Under the pieces are notes generated by a model that was not told where the DNA came from, did not search any database, and saw nothing but the letters and a program-made list of their open reading frames with translations. DNA of 64,000 nucleotides from the NCBI GenBank assembly GCA_037447605.1, contig CM074808.1:2728001-2792000 (forward strand), written 5' to 3'. Made by a program: the position numbers and the translations under genes. The DNA is from Zygnema circumcarinatum SAG 698-1b. Taxonomy: Eukaryota > Plantae > Zygnematophyceae. Within the stretch, counting starts at the first letter, position 1. Every line of letters begins with the position of its first letter. Positions 43,131 to 54,700 of this stretch are shown piece after piece.

Positions 43131-43733
43131 GGGCATGGCGCGTGGCCCCAACCGTACGCACGAGGAGGGCGGGAGGGCGTGCTTGGGGTCGCGTGCAAGA
43201 TAGGGAGGGCAGGCGTGATGCGGCGCGGGACGGAAGGGAGGCCTGCAAGCGAAACCACGACGGTCTTCCGCACTTATATCAGCATAATTACTCTTTAAGA
43301 TAAAAAACTGAGTGTTGGCGCTTTTTTGCAAATGTTTGACGAACTTCACCGACTTCCGGCTGTGTCGAACAAAAGCTCCAATTCGAATACGATTCAATTA
43401 GCATAGGAACATATCCATTTGTGGGCACAGCACCTACTGTATTAACAATTGTGTCAATTAATGTACAGCGAACGCATACAGCATAGCCAGCAGCGGCTGC
43501 TCAGACCTTTGCAGCAGCGCAAGTCAAATTTCCCTCATGAAGTGAACACCGGAGAACGCATACGAACTATAGTCCTGATTGACAACGAACCTGGCCAAGG
43601 GTTATGACTAATCAAGTAAGCTGCTGACAAAGACCCAACCTATAAACTAAAACCTAGCAACTAGAACTAGAAACTAAACTTAAAAACTAAGCTTAATGTG
43701 GGAATCCATAGAAAATACCCTCTTAAGCGGAGG

Positions 43734-43787
43734 CCAATCACAAATCGCCACGTTTGCATTTTGTGTGACATGGCAGGCTGTGATTGG
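43734..43787. promoter_or_regulatory. Second 54-bp inverted pair of CCAATCACA-N4-GCCA half-sites; left arm is an exact CCAAT-N9-CCACG (ERSE)
   Basis: ccaatcaca-aatc-gccacgt...acatggc-aggc-tgtgattgg. Confidence 0.5.
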
Positions 43788-43955
43788 TCCAGTCCAGTCA
43801 ACCTTTTTAGTTAAACCAATTTTTTTTTTTTCCCCCTGCGTCGTGCTGTCCTGCACCTTAACGCCACTTTGGACCCGCTCGTGCGCTCACGCTGGGAGGG
43901 GTCGCCCGTCGTCCTCTCAGCAGCAGGGGGCAGGCCCGCCATGGCGACCTCCCGT

Positions 43956-44603
43956 CTACTTAGCAACCTGCTTCATGATGATGGTAACGCGGCAAGTCCT
44001 CTTGCGAATTGGAAACCCCCGGCCCTGTGCCCTAGGCTGAAATCTCTTAAGGGTCGGCCCTGCATCCACCAGAGCTTCACTGACGTACAGATCGCTCTTT
44101 TTGAGGCCCAAATTGTTCTCGGCATTCGCAGCGCAAGAGAGCACCAAGTCGTACACAGGCAAGCAGGCGCGGTAGGGCATGAACTGCAATATCATGAGAA
44201 TGTCCTCGTACGTTCTTCCGCGAACCTGGTTCACAACCCGGCGAAGCTTCATTGGGGACATGCGCAAACCCTTAAGGAACGCCCTGGCACTTTTCTCCGT
44301 TTCCACCTCTTCCTCCCCAGTCAATAAAGCCATTGCAATAGGGGAGGCGTGTGACAGAACCTGGCGCTGTTTCATGATCTTGCAACTTACGGAGCGGCAT
44401 AAAGCCCTTGATGAGCCCATGAATTCTGAATGAGATAATTGCCCACAATTTACAATCAAGCTTTGTGATGGCTTGCTTGCAACTCTAGTGAACTCGGCTC
44501 CAGGTGCAGCCGCTCTATCTTGCCTCAATGTGAGCCCAGAGCTAGCTGCAGGGCCAGCACAAATGGCCATGGATGCCATGCCTGCGACTAAAGATGTTGT
44601 CAT
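43956..44603 (-). CDS. rpl22: Nuclear-encoded plastid 50S ribosomal protein L22 precursor, 215 aa, intronless CDS
   Basis: C-terminal ~115 aa (LRMSPMKLRRVVNQVRGRTYEDILMILQFMPYRAC...SCAANAENNLGL...AGPTLKRFQPRAQGRGFPIRKRTC) are cyanobacterial/plastid-type uL22. The preceding ~90 aa are Ser/Ala/Arg-rich and acid-poor, like a transit peptide. Confidence 0.95.
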   Translation of the reverse strand: MTTSLVAGMASMAICAGPAASSGLTLRQDRAAAPGAEFTRVASKPSQSLIVNCGQLSHSEFMGSSRALCRSVSCKIMKQRQVLSHASPIAMALLTGEEEVETEKSARAFLKGLRMSPMKLRRVVNQVRGRTYEDILMILQFMPYRACLPVYDLVLSCAANAENNLGLKKSDLYVSEALVDAGPTLKRFQPRAQGRGFPIRKRTCRVTIIMKQVAK

Positions 44604-44784
44604 GTGAGGAGAGGAGGAGAAGATAAACGTAAGGAGAACCTGTCACCAAACACCTGCACCAGGAAGGGGTCTCAACTTGGAATCAAAACCAAGCTGTCGG
44701 CACCCTTACAACCATAAATTCTACAAGCAAGAAAATCTACTAGCTAGACGACCAGAACACAGCAGCGTTCATAAAACTCCTACC

Positions 44785-44793
44785 AAACCCTAA
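44785..44793 (+). promoter_or_regulatory. Telo-box (AAACCCTAA) in the predicted 5' leader intron of rpl22
   Basis: Exact motif about 180 bp upstream of the rpl22 ATG; such motifs are common in plant ribosomal-protein gene leaders. Confidence 0.45.
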
Positions 44794-45640
44794 CCTTAAA
44801 CTTAGCACTAATTTCTCCCCAGACCTTGCATCCCATTATCCCAACAGCTGCTTCTTTCCCCCACAATTGAAGAGTACCGAGCAGCATAAATCATCCCTTT
44901 CACAGCCAATCCGCACCTTTTCGCTGCTGTGCATGCGAGTCTCCTCGGAGGGGCCGCCCTCCTGCCGAAGCGCTCTCCGTCCGCCACGTGGAAAGCAGAG
45001 AGGTGGCAGGGAACCCTTCTCCCCTTTCGCTGTTGCCGGGCGGAGGGCGGGTGCTGAAGAGCCGTCCGATGCGGATAGGCAACATCGGACGGTCGACGAT
45101 GCGCGAGACACGCGGGAACGGTGGCATCCCAGCCTCCTCTCAAAAAGGGAGGGCGACAGAAATTTTATTGAGAGCTGCCCTCGAGGTCGGGCCCTTCGGT
45201 CACTTCGAAAAACATGGAATCGGGAGTGGTGATTGGCTGCCGCCGACGGGAAAAACGTTTTTGTGCGCGGTGGCGAAGGTTCCGACCTGCTGGAGTTTGA
45301 TGTGTGAGAGAGGAACGGATCATTTGGGGAATGGACAAATGAACACTCGATAAGCGGTTTTACTTCTTCACAATTTTTCAACTATGAGGAGAAGGAAGTG
45401 ACATTGATTGAAGTGGCATGTAACTATCCTTTCGTTCCAATTGGAATTCGTTCCAACAAGCAGCAGCTTTCAAGAGCTCAACGCAGAACTGCAAAGACTC
45501 GCAGCTGGTGAGCACTGCCCATGGAGGGCTGCTTGGAGCGCATGCCCAGATGAACGTCAGGACGGACTATCATTCACCCAACAATGGGCTGCCTGACAAG
45601 AATTGAGGGCTAATTCCCTCCCACTGCTCAGTAAGTTAAG

Positions 45641-45652
45641 GGCCCATGGGCC
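45641..45652. promoter_or_regulatory. Back-to-back Site II elements (GGCCCA TGGGCC) upstream of rpl22
   Basis: Exact motifs between the fusion-gene stop (45734) and the rpl22 leader. Confidence 0.4.
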
Positions 45653-45733
45653 AAATGCATGAACCCTTCTCAATCGTCCCAGGCAGTGGTGCTTTGTTCA
45701 CTGGAGAGACTTGCTGAGACCAGACCCCCTCCC

Positions 45734-48700
45734 TCACAAAGCCTTCCCGGCGGAGCCGAACATGCGCAGCTTCTCTGCCACAACTGCCTGCATGGCCGCC
45801 TTGGCCTTCACCATGAGGTCCAGCAGGTCCTTCCCCCCTTCTTTCAGGGCATCCACATATGCCGCACGCACCTCCGTGTTCACATTGAACTTACGAACAC
45901 CGATCGCCACACACTCCTGCAAGGGGGGGGGGGGGCATGGTGGTACACACATCATCGTATTACGCCTTCAGTCAAGGGACATTGCCGTCATGCTTTGGGC
46001 TAAAAAAAAAGGGTTGGGGGGGCGGGCAGCAAAACAAGGATTGAGGCCACGCTAAGTTGACAAACGACCCTCGTTGCATTGGTGAACAGCAGGGTTCAAA
46101 ATCACGGTATGGACTCTGATTACACGTGTGGAACTATAGGAAGGAGCATACCTCGACAAGCTCCCGAGGCAGCCCTGATGCTCCATGCAGCACAATCGTC
46201 ACTCCGTTTTTCAGTGCCACCTCTTGCAGGGCCTGCAAACAACACAGTCATGGAACCCGTTCACCAGTTAGCCCGCTGCGACTCGCTACGGCAAGACATG
46301 GAACCGCACATCACCACACTTCGCCTGTGTGAAGCATTTAGGGTTCAAGGAGGTAAACATAGAAGAGGGACAGACCCTGAGACGCTCCAAATCGATCTTC
46401 GGCCCGCTGGGAGGGTACTTCCCATGCACATTGCCCACGCATACGGCAAGGGCTGATATGCCAGTTGACTTCAAAAAATCGTCAGCCTGCACAAAGCCAT
46501 TTAGACAGGAAACGTGAGGATAGGACCGAACCAAGATGTCTCTCCCCAGCCCAGCTCCGATTCTCTGGCTAACTCAAAGCTCTTCGTTTGTTATTGACAA
46601 TGCGAAACTAGACAAAGCGCGCTGATTTGACCTGCAAGAAAGACGTAATCGACAGGAATTGAGTAATTTCACCAGAAGGAGCTTACCTGAGATACATCCG
46701 TCAATTTAGCCTCATATTCCTCCACCGTAAGTCCATCCTCAGTTCCAGACAACCGCCCCAACTCTGCTTCCACCAAAAGGCCACCGTTCTTTGCTGCTGC
46801 AGCTATCTTTGATGTGAATGCAACATTTTCTTCATAGCTGAGGTGTGAGCCGTCCACCATGAGCGAGTCGAATCCCTGCTAACAGCGGAGGAAATAGGTC
46901 AGAAACCATCTGAAGCCGACGTTTCAGCGTTTCCTTGCATGGGTGAACTGAACTGCCCAGGAACAAGCACTGTCGTTCAATCTACCGTTTTTTGCACTCC
47001 TGCTAGGTATTGTTTATCCAAATCTAAAGCAGCCACGAGTGGATTCAGGACAACAAGGCAGGAAACCAGGAATTTCAGAACCTTGTGCACCGCTGCCAAG
47101 AGCTCGCCTTCATTAGTGCCATGATCCATGTGCACAGTGACAGGAACCTGATAGGCCCAACACAGAAAATTATCCTTAGAATGGGCCTGCAGCATCGCAT
47201 TTCATTTTATACGTATGGACTAGATTAAAGGGGATGGAAGCAACTGCTCTCCAGAGTCTGCAGATCGCAAAAGGAAAGCAGCACCCGTTTATCTCAGGCA
47301 GCTTCAGGCAAGGGCAATCAAAAAAGCGATTGGAAGGATTGGGAAGCGCACAGAAGCAGTGTCAGCAGCCGCTCTGCAGGCTGCGATAAGCAGGGAGCCG
47401 CCCTCACGCAGACTGCTGGGGTGAATCTGCAAAAAGCAACAAAAAGCAGAAAAGCAAAAAGCAAAGAAAGCAGAAAGCAGGGCTTGTGTAAGGTGCTTGC
47501 TTCAGCGTTTGAACGACTGGGAACCATGACAGCAAGGACAACTGCCTCCTTTATCAAGCATAAGCAGTGAGAGGCTTTCTAATGGCTGGCAGAAATAGGA
47601 AAAGAGAGACATTTGCACAAGCATTTACAAGTTCCGGCCCACAGAAACATAGAGATGTGAGAAAGTCTTTCTGAGATGCAATGGAAGCTTGATGTATTTT
47701 GAACACCAATAAGTTCACAGCAAGCATAACTTGCACCTGACAACTGCTTAACCTGTCATCGGAGTCATTGCATGGAACACAATCAGAACAATGTGGCTAC
47801 ATTCGCTTCAGGTCTCAGGTCTCGCAGATCACTGATCTACAAACTAATGACACCCCAGCTGCGCTTTATTTCACAGCTGTACAACAGCAGATAACCACGC
47901 AATAGAGATCAGCCCCGAATACTACATTCGTTGCCGTGTTACCAGCAGCCAAAATCACGTACAAACGTGTGAGAAAAAATGCATCTAGATATTAGTTATA
48001 GTGTAGGAGATGAGCACAGAAAGTATCCCCACCTGCAATATTGCGGGGCTGCGCTCAGCCTCTGCTGCAGCTACCACTGCCTGTATTCCTTCCAAGTTGT
48101 ACACATTAAAGGCCCCCACAGCATATCCACCAGCTTGAGCAGCCTGCAACAGGCATTCAACAAAGATACCCACTTTGATGAACAAAGTGATCCGGAAATG
48201 ACATGGTTGACATTTGCGTGCTTCATTAGACGGGAGAATCAAGGGTTCCCTCTCTGCACTAAAGCCATGTCCACATCCTCTCAACATACAAGAAGAGGTT
48301 GCATCACTTCGAACCACGAAAGATCATTAGCTTCCCAATGGATTATTACAACTGAATGTTGGGAAATCAAGGATGGAGCGAGCATATGCCGCCCTTCACA
48401 ATATTCCTGCTCATAAAACCCACCTGCAGAATGCCTGCAGTGGAAGAGCGAGGCACCTTCGACCATTTGGCAACCACCTCTGCGAGAGCAGCCGGACCGC
48501 CAACATTCCCTGAAGGCCCCCCAACGAGCTCTGCTCCATCACTCGTTTCAAAGCCCAAGAGAGGCCGCACAATTCCTTACACTAAAAGGCCAATGGATAA
48601 AGCAACATAACAACAGTGAAAATTTATGGTGACAGAACACTGCGGCTACCTGGGAACACGATGTATGGTACACCTGGATATCTGCTGCCATTGCCCAGAG

Positions 48701-51700
48701 CCCATAGAGGGACTCCCGGGAGAGCTTGCCCTAAGACCAAAGCTCTCTTAGCACCAAGTGCTTTAGTGGCCGTGTCTGAGGAGGTGATGCCGCCCTGACA
48801 AAAAGGGGCAAGAAGGGAACAAATCTATCCAGATCAGATCACTGAACTTGCACGATTGCTACTGCACGAGTGACTACGTGGATCGATGGTCTCTTACTGA
48901 TTGGGATTCAACATATAAGTGCAAGTGGTAGTCTGATGCTTCTGCCGGGAAGATAGAGTGGGCTACAATGCACTCTCATGAGGCGTCTGATCTACTGGAA
49001 GCAAGGGGTCCTAAACGGAGCAGTCCTACAAACCTTGGCCAGAATGTAGCGAGGACGAGTCTGAATACGCTGCACTATTTCCACGAGGCTTGAGCTGATC
49101 CGCCCCCCAATGGCCAGGCTGCTTGCAGGATCTGCACAGGTTGCAAAGTTGCAGGATAATGAAGGGTGCTGCAACGAAACCTTGCAGAAGGAAACTACTC
49201 ATAAACACTTTTTACGGGTTTGGAGACATTGCAGCGGGGAGGCTTACTTGCTCCAAGGAGCAGCTTGCGACTGGTCAGCACCAAGGTGTCTCGACCGGCA
49301 GCAAGGGCTGCATCAGCCGCACTTGCAGCTCTACCAATCTCTGCTTCTCGGACAGTGACATCTTCGGAAGCAACAGCTTCTGCGTTCACCTGGAAACAGT
49401 GTATTTGCAGAAAATGTGGTCATCCATGGAAGGATTGTTTGATAGTCTTCAAGCATGTCTTGTCGACTTGAAGTGGCGGAATGCAAAAAAGCACACGTCC
49501 GGGTGTAATCATTGTATGGCTTTTGGAACATGTGGTATTATTTCTCGGAAGATCACAGTTGGAAAAGGGAAGAAAAACTACTCTAGGAAAAACTGCTCGC
49601 CAAGGCAGGAAAGTTTTAAATCTCCTGGACACGCTCCTTCACTTCGTTGTTAATGGAGAGAAAAAGGTATAGAATGAAGAGTGGAAGACATGGGCTTTAC
49701 ATAAGCAAACTGAGTCATGATGAGTTCCAGTACATCTGACGGAATAGACTGCAACACGTAGGCGGAGCTGCAACAAAGCTGACTGAAAAAGTATTACTGA
49801 GAAATGAGCTCCTTTTTTGAGGTTCTTGCCAAGTGGGCTTCCTAACAGCTGTCAAGCAGATGGACAGTACTTACAGTGATGGCCTCCAGGGAATCCCCTC
49901 GCTCTGCCAAAAGTGTTTCCACCTAAACCGAACAGCAAACGAATGTGGACCAAACTTAGTCAGTATGCAGAGCTCATCTCTGGTTAGACTTCGTTTGCAA
50001 GTACACACTCTCTGCACTGACAGTCACTATAGTTTTGAGGGAAAGCACATGGTCCCGAACAAAGGAGTCTTCACTCGGGAAGGTGAGACACTCACGTGGA
50101 ATTTGGTCGACCACACAACAATCTACACCAGAAAGGCAGTCACTAGTAGGTATTGAATTTGAAAGAGATAAAGGAGACGAATCCAATAAGGTTGAGTCTC
50201 TACGGAGCTGCATACATTGTAGCTTCAGTCTAGAATACCGTTCAATCACCATAAAAAAGCAGGTAAAAACTGCATTCTCACAAGGCAAAGTTATCTCTAA
50301 CCTCTCTATACAGGAGTGTTACCTGCTTGCTGGTCTTGGGAACATAAGAGCCGACCACAATGAGCCCTCCATGGCGTGAACTCGCGGTATTCAGTGAGAG
50401 GCCAACCTCTGCAGGACCAAGAGGGGGCCGAGCCTTCATGCCCAATCTCGCAGATACGAATGATGCGGCTGTACGGCAGAGAAAACGCTTCCCTTGCAGC
50501 TCGGCCTGCAATGCAACTCAGAGGAAGGTTAGAGCCCGCATTGTCGCAAAGCAAGCACATCTCTTTCCGCAGAGTTGGCACTTCTGATGAGGTTGGCTTG
50601 TGTTGTGTGTGTACCTGCAGCATGCCGGCCGCCACCACTCGCATGTCTCCATCGCTGGCAGCGTTAATTATGCAAACCACTCCCTGAACGAAGAAACAAA
50701 AAAAGTTCATGAATAGAACTTATTGAGTGGCAGTACAAATCTCGTGTATCTCTGCAAACATGCAGAGATACACGCTCTGCTGCTTTCCAACAAGCGGGGT
50801 ATTCTGCAAACTTGACCATTGATGGCAGCAGCCATTTCCTCATTTAACTCTGCTAAAGCGCCGATAGGGATTTTTGGCATCGTACAACAGGAAGAACTGT
50901 ACCCTTTGGCATATTATCATACCATCAGGTTGCGATGGACGTTGCCTTCTAAGCTTACCTTGGAAAAGCCACAAAGCTGCTTGGCCACCATCTTAGGTCC
51001 TCCATTACGAATTGTTTCCAATGAGATCGACGCAACATCCTTTGCCAAGACTCTGCCTTTCGTCTTTTCCTCCACCCACTGCGAGCAAAATTAAAAAAAA
51101 AATCAAAACAGTTTCGTGATAGAAGTATCCCAATCTGAGCGTTACTGATCGATGATCAAGAAACGATCACGATTGCTGGAGTTCATGAATTTCTTATCCG
51201 AGGAGCAGAGGGCATATGCGTTTACACAGTATTGCACATACTTTATACACATATTCACATATTGCATGCACGCAATAACTTAACCATAGAGAGACCTAAG
51301 GTTTTGAGGAGTTTGCATGCCCAATGAAGCAGAAGCGCACCTGTTTGAGGTCTGAGGATGTGTACCCGAACGCGGCATCCTTTGCAAATTCCGTCAGTCC
51401 TGCAGGCACTAGCCTGCACTCAGCAAGGCCTCCACTTTCCATGAGCGGAAATACAAGGCTGTGTGATCTGTCAAGAAGTGCACTGAAAATGCATAGAAAA
51501 TCAAACGAGTGTTACCTGGAAGAAGGGGTCGTGTAACGGGAAAAAAACAGACAATTTAAGGGGGAAAAGCAGACAAAGAACATGCAGCCGTCACCGGTCA
51601 GGTTAATTCATTAAAAATGACTTTCTGAAGGGTGCAATCCTTAATGAGAAAAGCTTGTAGGGCATTTTATTTGAAGAAATGCATTACAAGCGTGATACAC

Positions 51701-54700
51701 TCGACACAGGGCCTAACGCTCCGCATTTACACTCAAGTCGTCCCAATTTCCGTCTGAACAGACTGATGAATGTTGCATCAAAGCATTCTTAACAAGCGGC
51801 AGGGTTCGACGCGGAGATTACGAGATATGGGTTTACACCCAAGAATGTCCTATTCGATGACTAGCAAGAAGACTGATAATCGCAGCTAAACATGGTGAGG
51901 CGAAAGTCAAGGGAGCTGCGGGCAACACAAACACTCTAGGAATAGCAGTCTGTCTGTTTTCGAAAGCTAGGGCGAGCCACTCCACTCACCTGTCGAATGA
52001 GTGGCTGTGAACTCATCCAACACCATCCCTCATATGGCAACTAAGAAATGAAACGTATTTAGACCTTCAAGATATGGTCTCCAAAGGGGATTAGAGTTCA
52101 TCCACTTTTCTTGGTTTCCACCTTTGACCGGTCTTCTTTTGCTCCGGCACAATAAGCCATTCAATTTGTGCAGCAAGTCAGCCAATGAGAGGCAGGTAAG
52201 TCACATTGCCAGGCTATAAACACACCAAGTCTCAGGTTGGCTCCGAACAGTTATCGCCTATGCAAGGAACGGAGGAAGGACGCTCACATATCGCCATCGG
52301 CAACATAATGTATGTCGGAAATGGTATAGCGCCCGCCCTGCAAGAAGAAAGGGCAAAGAAGCCACGCATCCGTCTCTCCTACCACCTCTGCAGCTGCATC
52401 AGCCTCCTGCCATGGCCATAAAAAAGTAAATCAAAACGATTTAACCTCACAGCCGAGGTCAACTCAGCTCCACCGCACACCCAGATCAACAAAGGTGGAT
52501 GGATTGCCACTTGGTCTGAAGCAAGGAGAGTGCATTTCCTCACGGGAGAGAGATGCCCACCTGCGGAAAGTGACCCCTTAGGGTGGAGTCGCCCCTTAAG
52601 ACTATGGTGAAACCTCGCCCACCCGCTCTGCCTGCCGCCTCTGCGATTGCGCTGCAGATCTCTCTCGTCAATTTCACAGCCTGTCACCAGAAGGGTCTGA
52701 ACACCATCTCAGGCTGCATATATAACGAGCCGGGACTGACTGCCCGACAACGTTCTTCAAGAGAGGAATGCAGAGTGCCTCGCATGCTTCAAGAGGCATG
52801 TTCAGAACGGGGACAATGCGTTCAAACTTCACTGTCTATGGGACGAGGCAATAAGAATGACTGGGAACACGAGACTACTTCTGGTTTTTACTCTTGATTC
52901 TTGGCCATAGACAAAAGTCTCAGATGATAAGCCCGTCTCTTCCCATGTGTAAGGTTAGTAAAATAAAAGGTTTTTCTGGACCATGAAGCAAGAGCCCCCC
53001 ATGATCGTATCCCTGCTTGTGTGCTAAACCCCACAAAGTGCTTACCCACCTCTTCAGTAGGAAGAGCTCGCGAGTTTGTGAGAATAAAGAAGCATGCAGG
53101 GTTTTTCTCCAGCTCTGCCTGAAGGGACTCCACACTCCTGCAACCGGGGAATCTTCCAGCATGAATCAGTGTCTGCCACTTCCATCTTGGGCAAGCTCCA
53201 TGGATGCTAAACAAGAAGGTCCGGTGACTCCGGTAGTTGGGGCATGCATGACAGAGGTCAATAGGATTTGGTGGTCTAAGAGAGAGCTTCTGTGGGACTG
53301 AAGGGCAAACACACGAACTGCGCTGCTTCATGCGTGCAGTGCGTTTCCTCACCAGCCATGACTGTGACGGAACATAATGACTGCAACCATCAGCATGTCA
53401 TCAACACATCTTTCGATCCGAAAGATAAAACGGCAATAAGTCACTGAATCAAGCTGCAATACGAACAGCACTACCATCTCATCTCTGAGAGTCCCTAACG
53501 TCTCAGTTGAAGACCACGCGCCATTCCTTACCATTCCGTCAGTACGGACACACCATGCACAGTCTGAGTTCCTGTTGGGTCGTCATCCAGCACTATGAGC
53601 ACATCCGCCTTGCCAGACCCCTCCGTCTCAGCAATCTCAGCCGTTAAATCATGCGGCCATTCTGGAGGGAGGGAGTGAAGGGTTGCTTCCAATGGCAGAG
53701 GCTTTATCCGTCCATCCTGAAGGGACGGTGCTGCCTCCGTCTCCGGCGAAGCAACGGAAATTCCTGCCAGCTTTTCGAAGACCTATCCATATGATACCCA
53801 GAGAACGTGATTTTTTTAGCAATTTCTGCAGGTGAGATTGCACAAGGCTTCGTGCACAAGAAACTTTTCATGTGCTTTCTGATGCAATTTCCAAAACGTC
53901 TACAAACGAGGAACCCAGTCAGAACTAGAAAACGCTGATTTTTCCACGTTGGCCGTGCAATAACAGCCTTGCAGCGTTGTGGTTACCGAGTTCACCCCAG
54001 CAACATTTCACGGGACTGAAGAAGTCGATACGATATAAAAGCCCTAAAATCACTCTCTCCTGTAGTTGCAAATGGGGCAAGCAAACCACGAGGAAGAGGC
54101 TGGCACACCTTCACAACCGCTGCATCGTCTTCACGGCCCATGCCTCCTGCTGCCCCTGCATTCCATGGATGCACCAATATGCCCTCGTTATAGCCCACGT
54201 GTACATCCTGCTCGAGAAAGAACCATGTATGAAGGGTATGAACTTGCAACATACGAGACCAGCTACACAATAGAAAATCGAGACACAGTGGGAACTAACA
54301 GACTTGAGTGATTTCAAGCGCAACGAAAGAACAGTTGTGAGGCGGTGGGGAGGCACAAGGGCCTGACAAGAAGGGTTGCTGTCAAAGTGCACATGAGCTT
54401 AGGTGTTGGATGCAACCTACCATAGAGGAACTGCTGATGGGCAATAGCAGCCAAAGGCAGTGGGAAATAGAGGGCCTGTGCCTGACCAAGAACGATGGCC
54501 TGCCATGCCAAAACTGCAGAGTCAAAACATTCGAACACTAGTGTCTATAATTTCGATAGTCTAAGGTGCAGGTTACGCATTTCTATCAGGAGTTTGCAAG
54601 CAAAAGGAAGTTACTGGCATAAGATTAACAGCTCTCTCAGTACAGAGTCAATCATCATGAGACAGCCAGAATGCAAGAAGCGTGGGCCTTTTTTAAATAT

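Noticed and set aside
43696-43703. TCCCACAT (minus strand), a USE-like snRNA promoter element
   Set aside because: No TATA box at the expected spacing and no snRNA sequence downstream.
44836-45381. 181-aa minus-strand ORF upstream of rpl22 with transit-peptide-like composition
   Set aside because: Starts at TTG, has no recognisable domain, and overlaps the probable rpl22 5' leader and intron.
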